In this document: piece by piece, positions 41,618-50,155 of the stretch
How the letters are laid out: each line of letters opens with the position of its first letter
Position numbering within the stretch: the stretch's first letter is position 1
Assembly: GCA_028279945.1 (NCBI GenBank)
Contig: JANQMT010000105.1
Location: forward strand, 33,628-97,627
Reading direction: 5' to 3'
Source: Clostridia bacterium
Lineage (GTDB): Bacteria; Bacillota; Clostridia; Peptostreptococcales; JAAYPU01
Length of the DNA stretch: 64,000 bases
Notes under the pieces: model-generated
What the model saw: the letters and a program-made list of their open reading frames with translations, nothing else
The model's database searches: none
What the model was told of the DNA's origin: nothing
Made by a program: the position numbers and the translations under genes

Positions 41618-42016
41618 TTATTCACCAGGGGTAACTTCAAATATCGAACCCTCTCGGCGATAACCTAACTTTTTATAATATTCATCCACATCACTCATGA
41701 CATAAATTTCATTGTTTGGGAAATCGGTACATACTCTTTCCATAAGCATGCGTCCGATACTGTTTCCTCGATATGTTTTTTTCACGAGTAAATCATAAAC
41801 ATAAACACCAAAGCCGTCATCGTCTCTACAACGCGCATATCCACACAGTTCATTGCCCTCATATGCCACATAGGTTAAGGAATTAGCAAGAGCAGCCTTG
41901 TATTTTTCAATGCCGGATTCACCCCAATAGCATTCCCAATCAGAACCATCTTCTCGCATCATGTCAAACAAATTTGCTTCATCATTTTTTGTATAGATTC
42001 TTATCTCCATAGACAC
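41618..42016 (-). CDS. GNAT N-acetyltransferase
   Basis: 132 aa with an acetyl-CoA motif region (YRGNSIGRMLMERV) and YYKKLGY. Confidence 0.8.
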   Translation of the reverse strand: MSMEIRIYTKNDEANLFDMMREDGSDWECYWGESGIEKYKAALANSLTYVAYEGNELCGYARCRDDDGFGVYVYDLLVKKTYRGNSIGRMLMERVCTDFPNNEIYVMSDVDEYYKKLGYRREGSIFEVTPGE

Positions 42017-42168
42017 CTCTCAAAATATAATTAATTTTTTGCTTTGTAGTATAAAATAATTACAAAACATCTTACATTTTATATGATAACACAAAAACCC
42101 AATAATTCAAATTTTTTTCAATTCCAGAAAAGAAATGAGAAAGTGATACACATGGGAAAATCATGGTA

Positions 42169-42918
42169 TCACTTTTGTTTTGATTCATCAAAAGTAGCAT
42201 TATTGTCATTGATTGCTTTAATCTTTTGAAGGTATTGAATAATTTCCTCCATAAAGATGAAAAAAACAGTTCTGGATTTTTCGTAAGGCAGCAAATGACT
42301 TGGTTGAGGGTTTTTGGATAACCAGAAAATTCGATCACATTGAGTAAACAGGGATGTATTATACTCTTCAACTACCATTGCTACTTCGCAGCCTTTGGCT
42401 TTGGATGCCTTATATATATTTTCAAAGGAACGAAAAGTACCTGTTACCGTGAATATGACCAATAAGGTTGTATCATTCACCATAGATTCGACAGAAATTT
42501 CGTCCGATAAAGCAACAATCATTTTGTCTGAACAAGTTCGCAATTTATATTCAAAGTATTGGGCACAGATGGCCGATGGCCCAAACCCGAACAGAACAAT
42601 CTTTTCATGTGAATCCATCAGTTCGATAAACTCATCAACCATTGATACGTCAAAATCCTCAATAAATTGTTTGATTCGATTCAGTTCGTTTGAATGCTTA
42701 GTCTGAGGAATTTCTTTCCCGTATAAAAAATCCATATATTGCTTATAGTTATTGAAACCAAGCTTTTTAACATACTTGGAAATTTTAGAAATTGAACAAT
42801 TACATATTTCCGCAGCTTTACTGATACCAAAAGCAGAATTGTTTTGGGAATACATAAGGAGTTTGTCATATATCTGTTTTTCAAAGGAATTTAAGTTACT
42901 AAAATCAATATTTATCAT
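42169..42918 (-). CDS. RpiR/MurR-family transcriptional regulator (HTH + SIS)
   Basis: HTH_6 N-terminus (ISKAAEICNCSISKISKYVKKLGF) and a SIS domain (VLFGFGPSAICAQYF). Divergent from the 43272 operon. Confidence 0.85.
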   Translation of the reverse strand: MINIDFSNLNSFEKQIYDKLLMYSQNNSAFGISKAAEICNCSISKISKYVKKLGFNNYKQYMDFLYGKEIPQTKHSNELNRIKQFIEDFDVSMVDEFIELMDSHEKIVLFGFGPSAICAQYFEYKLRTCSDKMIVALSDEISVESMVNDTTLLVIFTVTGTFRSFENIYKASKAKGCEVAMVVEEYNTSLFTQCDRIFWLSKNPQPSHLLPYEKSRTVFFIFMEEIIQYLQKIKAINDNNATFDESKQK

Positions 42919-43109
42919 AATGTTTACAAGTCCTTTTTTTTATGGATTTTTTAATACTATTTATCTGATTTTAGCATTGACCATTTAGTTTGTAAAGTCA
43001 TCATAATTTCTAACCTGGTATCTATTGTTGACATAAAGCTGAGGAATAAACTTTGTTCATTTAGAAAATTCTAATATATCAGACAACTATTAAAATGGTC
43101 AATTACAAT

Positions 43110-43121
43110 GGAAAATTTTCC
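43110..43121. promoter_or_regulatory. perfect 12-bp palindrome GGAAAATTTTCC (candidate RpiR operator)
   Basis: Self-complementary. A second 11/12 copy lies at 43150..43161. Confidence 0.45.
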
Positions 43122-43149
43122 AATAGTGATGAAGTTCGACAAGATATAT

Positions 43150-43161
43150 AGAAAATTTTCC
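43150..43161. promoter_or_regulatory. palindrome AGAAAATTTTCC (second operator copy) abutting the -35
   Basis: 11/12 match to 43110..43121, 40 bp downstream, immediately 5' of TTGACT. Confidence 0.45.
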
Positions 43162-43190
43162 TTGACTCAGCCAAGTTTGCTTCATATAAT
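43162..43190 (+). promoter_or_regulatory. candidate sigma-A promoter of the flavoenzyme/Etf operon
   Basis: TTGACT, 17-nt spacer, TATAAT. Confidence 0.6.
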
Positions 43191-43271
43191 ATACATAAAT
43201 AAAGAATTGCTTGGTTGTAGGTAAAAGCCAAGTGAAATTTTAAAGACTATTAATTTGGGAGGCAAAGGATA

Positions 43272-44744
43272 GTGACTAGTGATAAAGTAATTGAAAGTTT
43301 GGTGAAACTGCTTTCAGAAGATCAGGTGAATACAAATTATGATGATTTGTATGATGCTTCTGCGGACAGGTACAAAAAATATGCAAAGGCACGCAAGGTG
43401 CTGGATGTGCCATTGCCCACAGCAATTGTATATCCCAATACGGCCCAAGAGGTAAGTGATGTTCTAAAATTCTGTAATGACTATCATATCAATGTGATTG
43501 CAAGAGGCGGAAAAACAGCGACAGAAGGCGGATTGGAAAACTGGAAGGATCTGACGGTGATCATCGATGCTGACAATATGAACAAGATCATTAAGATTGA
43601 TTCATACAATATGCAAGCCACAGTAGAAGCGGGCGTATCGTTGCAATCCTTAGAAGACGAATTGCGAAAAATTGGCTTAACTACAGGGCATTCACCTCAG
43701 TCAAAGCCCGTTGCTAAACTTGGTGGTCTTGTTGCAACGAGAAGTATTGGACAGTTTTCAACTTTATACGGCGGTATAGAAGATATGGTTGTGGGTTTGG
43801 AATGTGTATTTCCTAACGGGCACATTTCAAAAATCAAAAATGTCTGCAGAAGATCCGGTGGACCGGATATTCGTCACATTGCTATCGGAAATGAAGGAAC
43901 CCTTTGTTACATTACAGAGGTTACGGTTAAAACTTTCAGGTATTATCCGGAAAATAATAAATTCTATGGTTATTTAACAAAGGACATTGAAACTGGAATC
44001 AGTATTCTCAGAGAGGTTATGGCCAATGGCTATCGTCCATCTGTAGCAAGAGCTTATTCGGAAGAGGATGCCAAGCAGCATTTTTATCATTTCCATAAGG
44101 ATAAGTGTGTATTGATCTTTATGGCAGAAGGACCAAAGGGTATTGCTGATGCAACTTGCCAAGGCATTGAAGCGGCAGTTGAAAAATTCAAAGACGGCAT
44201 TATTGAACAGGTTGACAGCAGTCTGATTGAGGATTGGTTCAACCACTTGAACTGGTCGCAGCAAGATATTGATGATGAAATTGAAGGCATGATTGAAAAT
44301 GACTACCATGCAGGTTTTACAACTGAGATTTCAGCTGATTGGGAAACCATTCCGGTTATTTACAACAATGTCATCAAAAGAATCAGAGAAGAATTTCCAC
44401 GAGCTCATGATTTGACCATGTTGGGTGGACATTCATCTCACAGCTATATTAATGGAACCAATATGTATTTTGTTTACAATTATGAGATCCGCTGTGCTCC
44501 GGAAGATGAGATGAGGATATACCATCACCCGTTGCAAACCATTATTGTTGAAGAAACACTGAAGCAGGGCGGTTCAATGTGTCATCATCATGGAATTGGA
44601 AAGTATCGAAACCAATGGACGAAAGAAGAACATGGCTCGGCATATTACATGATGGAGAAGCTTAAAGAAGTATTTGATCCCGAGGGTATCATGAATTTCG
44701 GTACCATCTTTCCACAAGAAGATGGTTTGAAATATCAAAAATAA
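43272..44744 (+). CDS. FAD-linked oxidase, alkyl-DHAP-synthase-like (YgcU-like)
   Basis: 490 aa. PCMH-type FAD-binding N-domain (PTAIVYPNTAQEV, ARGGKTAT). The C-terminal motif HHHGIGKYR matches the AGPS-type motif, not the GlcD-type EHGIG. Confidence 0.8.
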   Translation: MTSDKVIESLVKLLSEDQVNTNYDDLYDASADRYKKYAKARKVLDVPLPTAIVYPNTAQEVSDVLKFCNDYHINVIARGGKTATEGGLENWKDLTVIIDADNMNKIIKIDSYNMQATVEAGVSLQSLEDELRKIGLTTGHSPQSKPVAKLGGLVATRSIGQFSTLYGGIEDMVVGLECVFPNGHISKIKNVCRRSGGPDIRHIAIGNEGTLCYITEVTVKTFRYYPENNKFYGYLTKDIETGISILREVMANGYRPSVARAYSEEDAKQHFYHFHKDKCVLIFMAEGPKGIADATCQGIEAAVEKFKDGIIEQVDSSLIEDWFNHLNWSQQDIDDEIEGMIENDYHAGFTTEISADWETIPVIYNNVIKRIREEFPRAHDLTMLGGHSSHSYINGTNMYFVYNYEIRCAPEDEMRIYHHPLQTIIVEETLKQGGSMCHHHGIGKYRNQWTKEEHGSAYYMMEKLKEVFDPEGIMNFGTIFPQEDGLKYQK

Positions 44745-44769
44745 CAAAATAATATTTATGGAGGGGCGT

Positions 44770-46065
44770 ATGAACAAAGAAAATTTAAAAAGGTATTTTC
44801 AGTTCTTACTTGTTGTATTAGCAGCGGGTGCAATTTATCCATTAATTTATTTAAAGACCAATTATCAAGAGACGATTTTAGAAGTCTTTGGTATGACCTT
44901 GCCTCAATTGAATACCATCTATTCAATTTTAGGTATGGTATTTGTTATAGGTTATTTCCCCAGTGGATTGCTCAGCGATAAATTTTCTGCAAAGAAATTG
45001 TTGGGTATTTCACTGCTGGGTACAGCCATAGGTGGTTTTTGGTTTGCGCAAGTACCGAGCTATTCTTCAGTTGTATTGATCTTTTGTATATGGGGAACTT
45101 TTTCAGTTTTCACCTTCTGGAGTTCTCACATGAAGATTGTCAAGATGCTTGCTAAAAAAAGCGAAGAAGGAAAATTCTTTGGAATCCTTGATGGCGGCCG
45201 TGGTGTTGTTGAAGCGGTTCTTGCCAGTGTGGCCTTGGTAATATTCTCAGGAGTTATTGGAACAAGTCTGGAATTTGCCGATAAAAAAGCAGCATTGGTT
45301 GCAGTTATTTATATGTATTCTATTGTACTATTTGTGGCTTCCATCTTGGTATTCATCTTTGTTGAAGATGACAAGAAGCTGTTGGCACGCTCAGAGAACA
45401 AAGACTCTGGAATAAAAGAATCAAAAATGAAACTTTCCGATATTAAAAAATTGCTGAAAAACAAGTACGTCTATCTGCAAGGCGGCATTATTTTCATGGG
45501 GTACTCAGTATTTTGGACGGTTTATTACTTAGGCGGCTTCCTTGAGTCCAATATTGGTATTGACCCTGTAACGGTTAGTACAATTATGGTAGTTGTACTA
45601 TGGATGAGACCGGTTGGTGGTTTTATTGGGGGCTTCTTGGCAGATAAGATTGGTAAAGCCGTAACCATTATGGGTGCGCTTATAGGTGCGGCCATTTGTC
45701 TTGCTGCAGCGGCACTTATGCCTGTGACAGCTTCCCCCACGGCGTTTTCTGTTATAATTGTAATCCTAGGTATATTCCTTTACGCAATTCGAGGAACCTA
45801 TTGGTCATTGCTGGGCAATTCCAAAATAGATGCGGTTATTATGGGCACCGCTATTGGTGTCATATCTTTTATCGGTTACCTGCCGGATATTGTCTTGCCG
45901 CAATTCAATAGTTTCTTGTGGAATACCTTTGGCGGAAATGGCGGTTATAATGCCTATTTCATTTCCAGTGCGGTTCTTGGAATAATAGGTGTTGCTATCA
46001 CCTTGACTTACCGTAAACTTAACCGTAAAGAAGAAGGACTAAAAGAGGAAGAGAAAGTGGCTTAG
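44770..46065 (+). CDS. MFS transporter
   Basis: 12-TM profile. ATG 44770 follows GGAGGGG. Confidence 0.85.
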   Translation: MNKENLKRYFQFLLVVLAAGAIYPLIYLKTNYQETILEVFGMTLPQLNTIYSILGMVFVIGYFPSGLLSDKFSAKKLLGISLLGTAIGGFWFAQVPSYSSVVLIFCIWGTFSVFTFWSSHMKIVKMLAKKSEEGKFFGILDGGRGVVEAVLASVALVIFSGVIGTSLEFADKKAALVAVIYMYSIVLFVASILVFIFVEDDKKLLARSENKDSGIKESKMKLSDIKKLLKNKYVYLQGGIIFMGYSVFWTVYYLGGFLESNIGIDPVTVSTIMVVVLWMRPVGGFIGGFLADKIGKAVTIMGALIGAAICLAAAALMPVTASPTAFSVIIVILGIFLYAIRGTYWSLLGNSKIDAVIMGTAIGVISFIGYLPDIVLPQFNSFLWNTFGGNGGYNAYFISSAVLGIIGVAITLTYRKLNRKEEGLKEEEKVA

Positions 46066-46073
46066 TAAATATT

Positions 46074-46868
46074 ATGAAAATTATATGTATGTTAAAATTT
46101 GTACCGGATGTGGACAACTTTAAATATGATTATGACAGAAATGTCTTGATTAGAGAAAATGTAAAAATGATTCTCAATCCGGATGATGCCAGTGCCTTGG
46201 CTTTTGCTTTGAAGATCAAAGGGAAGAATCTCGATACTTTTATTGAAATTGTCACAATGGCACCGAAATCAGTAATTCCGCTTGTGGAGGATTTACTGAG
46301 GTTGGATGTAGATAAAGCAACAATCATTTCTGACAGGTTATATGCAGGAAGTGACACTTATGTGACCAGTAAAATACTTGCTGGTTATTTAGCAGCGGAG
46401 TCTTTTGATTGCATCCTAACCGGAACCCATGCTTTGGATGGAGATACATCCCATGTGCCATCCCAGTTAGGTGAGCTTCTTAAGTTGAACCAAATGCCTA
46501 ACATCGTTAAAATTGATGATAGGTCCTTCAGTAAAGAACATGCGGTCTTTGAAGTTGACAAAGAAGATACGGTTTTAACTTATGAGATGGCATTGCCGGC
46601 AATCCTGAGTCTTCAAAAGGAGAGCAGCTACAAATTGCCATATGTAAGATTTGATGATTTATCACTGGACGTCAGTCATAAACTGAACATCATCTCAAAT
46701 CTTGAGCTTGCTTTTAATGAAACAAGCGTTGGTATTGAAGGCTCTCTTACTAAGGTAGCAAAAGCATATAATAAGAAGCTTGATAAAAAAAACAAATTGC
46801 TGCTGAAAAACGATGACCAAGGAATTGAAGCTGTCTATTCTTTTTTGAAGGATAAAGGATTGATATGA
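46074..46868 (+). CDS. etfB: electron transfer flavoprotein beta subunit
   Basis: N-terminal MKIICMLKFVPD, LNPDDASALAFALKIK, and GTHALDGDTSHVPSQLGELL (the Etf-beta signature region). Confidence 0.85.
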   Translation: MKIICMLKFVPDVDNFKYDYDRNVLIRENVKMILNPDDASALAFALKIKGKNLDTFIEIVTMAPKSVIPLVEDLLRLDVDKATIISDRLYAGSDTYVTSKILAGYLAAESFDCILTGTHALDGDTSHVPSQLGELLKLNQMPNIVKIDDRSFSKEHAVFEVDKEDTVLTYEMALPAILSLQKESSYKLPYVRFDDLSLDVSHKLNIISNLELAFNETSVGIEGSLTKVAKAYNKKLDKKNKLLLKNDDQGIEAVYSFLKDKGLI

Positions 46869-46869
46869 T

Positions 46870-47811
46870 ATGAAAAAATGTTTGATATATTTGGATACAG
46901 AGAATCTTCAAAATTCAATAGATTTGCTGGAAGTAGCCAATCAAATTTATGATAAAGGCGAAAGTGAAACCTATGGCATTTCCATAAATCAAAAGTGCAG
47001 TGAAGCAGAAGGCGATTTTAACATATTGATCAATGTTGTTGATGAGCAGATAAATAGTTATGATCAAATAGCGGTAACAGATGTTATGGAAGCCTTGCAT
47101 AATGAGCATAACTTTGACAGCATACTCATACCTGCAACTTATTTTGGCAGAATGTTGGCACCAAGACTGGCCATGCGTCTTCATACGGGATTGGTTGCCG
47201 ATGTAACAAGTATTCATCATGAAGACGGCGTGCTTGAAATGACTAGACCCGCATTTAGCGGAAAAATGATGGCGGGAATTGTTAAAAACGGACCGGGGCC
47301 CATTATGATGAGTGTGCGGCAAAATGTATTTTCATATAAAACCAAATATAAAAAAGATACAAAAGTAATCAATTTTAGGCCGGAAAGTTATCAAGACGGT
47401 AAAATAAAACAACTGGGAATAAGAGAGAAACCAAAATCTTATGACATTCGAGTGAGTGAGGTCTTGATATCCGGCGGCGGCGGAACCATAAACAACTTTC
47501 AGCACCTTAAGCTGTTAGCGGATGAATTGAAAGGACAGGTTTCGGCCAGCAGAAGAATTGTGGACAGCGGCATTGCACCTCGACGAATACAGGTGGGACA
47601 ATCCGGTAAAACAGTAAGTCCAAGGCTTTATATAGCCCTGGGGATCAATGGATCATTACAACATATCGAAGGTCTGAAAAATGTAGAATATATTATTTCC
47701 GTAAATAAAAATAAAAATGCGCCTATTTGCAGCCTTTCAGATATTGTTGTCCAAGGTGATGCCATTGAATTTATTGATAAACTGGTAGAAAAAATTAAAA
47801 ACAGCAAATAA
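46870..47811 (+). CDS. etfA: electron transfer flavoprotein alpha subunit
   Basis: Starts 1 nt after the etfB stop. C-terminal FAD motif VGQSGKTVSPRLYIALGINGSLQHIEG. Confidence 0.85.
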   Translation: MKKCLIYLDTENLQNSIDLLEVANQIYDKGESETYGISINQKCSEAEGDFNILINVVDEQINSYDQIAVTDVMEALHNEHNFDSILIPATYFGRMLAPRLAMRLHTGLVADVTSIHHEDGVLEMTRPAFSGKMMAGIVKNGPGPIMMSVRQNVFSYKTKYKKDTKVINFRPESYQDGKIKQLGIREKPKSYDIRVSEVLISGGGGTINNFQHLKLLADELKGQVSASRRIVDSGIAPRRIQVGQSGKTVSPRLYIALGINGSLQHIEGLKNVEYIISVNKNKNAPICSLSDIVVQGDAIEFIDKLVEKIKNSK

Positions 47812-47833
47812 AAATCTTTTAGGAGGAATGACC

Positions 47834-48613
47834 ATGAATATTATGGATTTTAATATGGATTTCTTTTCATTGAAAGGCAAAAATGCAGTTGTAACTGGAG
47901 GAAACAGCGGCTTAGGTCAAGCTTTTTCTACTGCTTTAGCAAAAGCCGGTGCAAATGTAATGGCAGCCAGCATTATGGAAGATGATAGTGAAACCAGAGA
48001 AATGGTTGAATCCTGCGGCGTGGCATATAAATATGTTTATGCGGACATTACGGCTGAAGGTGAATGTAAAAGAGTTGTGGATGAATGTGTCAATACATGG
48101 GGAAGTATCGACATTTTAGTAAATTGTGCAGGTATTTGCATCAACATTCAAGATGTAACACAATTTACTAGAAAAGAGTGGGACAAAATGGTTGCGGTGA
48201 ATTTAACGGCTGCATTTGAAATGACCCATGAAGCCTGTAAATACATGATCAAACAACAAAGCGGAAAAGTTGTCAATATTGCATCTTTATTCTCTTTTCT
48301 TGGAGGGCAATGGTCACCGGCTTATGCCGCTACAAAACATGGGATAGTAGGTCTTACAAAATCAATGTGCGATGAATTGGCGCAATTTAATATTCAGGTC
48401 AACGCCATTGCACCGGGATACTTCGCTACAAAGCTGACAGAAAAAACCAGAAGTGATGAAAAGAGAAATGCAGAGATATTGTCTCATATTCCGGCAAATC
48501 GATGGGGATATGTAGCAGATCTTATGGGTGCATGCGTGTTTTTATCAAGTGATGCAGCCAACTATGTAAATGGAACAGTTCTAACAGTGGATGGCGGTTA
48601 TTTAATGAGATAA
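47834..48613 (+). CDS. SDR-family oxidoreductase, KduD/2-deoxy-D-gluconate 3-dehydrogenase-like
   Basis: TGGNSGLGQA cofactor motif, NCAG, and the YAATKHG catalytic YxxxK. Confidence 0.88.
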   Translation: MNIMDFNMDFFSLKGKNAVVTGGNSGLGQAFSTALAKAGANVMAASIMEDDSETREMVESCGVAYKYVYADITAEGECKRVVDECVNTWGSIDILVNCAGICINIQDVTQFTRKEWDKMVAVNLTAAFEMTHEACKYMIKQQSGKVVNIASLFSFLGGQWSPAYAATKHGIVGLTKSMCDELAQFNIQVNAIAPGYFATKLTEKTRSDEKRNAEILSHIPANRWGYVADLMGACVFLSSDAANYVNGTVLTVDGGYLMR

Positions 48614-48658
48614 AACCTCATTATAAATCATCTTGATCATAGGCATAGGGGAGGACAT

Positions 48659-50101
48659 ATGATGAATCAATATATTGTAGCAATTGATGGCGGGACACAA
48701 AGTACGAAAGTAGCCATTTTTGACATATTTGGGACTGAGGTTTGCTCACATACGGTTAAGCTTCGAGAAATCCAATTGTCTGAGAATGAAAGAGCAGAGC
48801 ATCCCGATGATGACTTATGGGACAGCTTGAAACTGGCTTGCAATGAAATGTTCAAAAAATTTAATGGGGTTAAAAAAGATATCATTGGGGTTGGATTAGG
48901 CTCAATCAGATGCTGCCGCGCTTTGGTAAAGGAGAATGGTGATCTGGCCTCTCCTGTGCAAAGCTGGATGGATCTCAGACTATCCAGGCCTTATGAACAT
49001 GAAGACGACAGCGTAAGGTATGTGACCACAACGACGGGGTATTTGACCTATAGGTTGACAGGGGAGACAAAGGATACCAGGGCAAATTACGTAGGCCCTT
49101 GGCCCATAGACCCCATGACTTTGGACTGGTTTGAGGATCAAGAAAAATTTGATGCATTTACAACACCAAGAGAAATGCTATTTGATCTAGTAGATCCTTC
49201 AACCATATTGGGGACAATAACAGAAAAAGCCAGTGAAGCCACAGGCATTCCCGTTGGAGTTCCTGTTGTGGCTACGGCCAATGACAAAGCAGTGGAAGGC
49301 TTAGGAGCAGGTCTTGTAAATGATGGAACCGTTCTTGTATCTTTAGGAACGTATATCACCTCAATGATGGTTGGTAAAGATAACAATTCCAATACAGTAA
49401 ACTATTGGAGTAATCCCGGTGCCACAAAAGGGGAATATCTATATGAAAGCAGCGGCATTCGAAGAGGGATGGTTACGGTTACATGGATTAAGGAACTTTT
49501 AGGCAGCGATATCGAAATTGAAGCTGCAAAACGAGACATGACACCGGAAGGATATTTGAATTTATTGGCTTCGGAAGCTCCCGTAGGATGTGACGGCTTA
49601 TATACGGTATTGAACTGGTTGGCTCGTCCTGACAAATTATATGAGCGGGGAATGATGATAGGGTTTAATGGAACACACAAGGGACCCCATATGTTCCGTT
49701 CTATACTTGAAGGCATTGCCTTCACTATGAAAAATTATGCTCAGGCCATGTGCGATGAATGCGGTATCGCTTTATCCAATATCATTGTCAGCGGAGGCGG
49801 CTCAAACGGTGAGCTTTTTATGCAAATATTTGCCGATGTCTTCGGTGTACCGGCCCGTCGAAATGTTGTCAATGGTTCCGCAAGCATGGGTGCAGCAATA
49901 TGTACAGCTTTAGCTCTCGGTGTTTATAAGGACAGGCAAGAAGCCATAGAGCATATGGTGAAACGGCGGGATACTTTTATGCCCATTGAAAAAAGTGTTA
50001 AGCTGTATAAAGAAATAAACGAAAATGTATACAAGCACATTACGTCATATACGGATGAGCTTTTGAAGAAATCTCACGCCATTTTTGAAGAAAAGATATA
50101 A
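48659..50101 (+). CDS. FGGY-family carbohydrate kinase
   Basis: N-terminal AIDGGTQSTK and C-terminal GGGSNGELFMQIFADVFG motifs. Confidence 0.88.
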   Translation: MMNQYIVAIDGGTQSTKVAIFDIFGTEVCSHTVKLREIQLSENERAEHPDDDLWDSLKLACNEMFKKFNGVKKDIIGVGLGSIRCCRALVKENGDLASPVQSWMDLRLSRPYEHEDDSVRYVTTTTGYLTYRLTGETKDTRANYVGPWPIDPMTLDWFEDQEKFDAFTTPREMLFDLVDPSTILGTITEKASEATGIPVGVPVVATANDKAVEGLGAGLVNDGTVLVSLGTYITSMMVGKDNNSNTVNYWSNPGATKGEYLYESSGIRRGMVTVTWIKELLGSDIEIEAAKRDMTPEGYLNLLASEAPVGCDGLYTVLNWLARPDKLYERGMMIGFNGTHKGPHMFRSILEGIAFTMKNYAQAMCDECGIALSNIIVSGGGSNGELFMQIFADVFGVPARRNVVNGSASMGAAICTALALGVYKDRQEAIEHMVKRRDTFMPIEKSVKLYKEINENVYKHITSYTDELLKKSHAIFEEKI

Positions 50102-50155
50102 GGCTTATTTTAAAAAGAAGTAATAAAACTTTTCTCTTTCTTAGGAGGTGCTATT

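Noticed and set aside
42072-42988. ORFs 42072..42371(-), 42395..42706(+), 42681..42884(-) and 42752..42988(+).
   Set aside because: All overlap the RpiR/MurR gene (42169..42918, minus), which has clear HTH and SIS motifs. They are alternative-frame artefacts.
43062-43072. AGAAAATTCT as a possible third copy of the GGAAAATTTTCC operator.
   Set aside because: It is not self-complementary when checked base by base and matches only the half-site.
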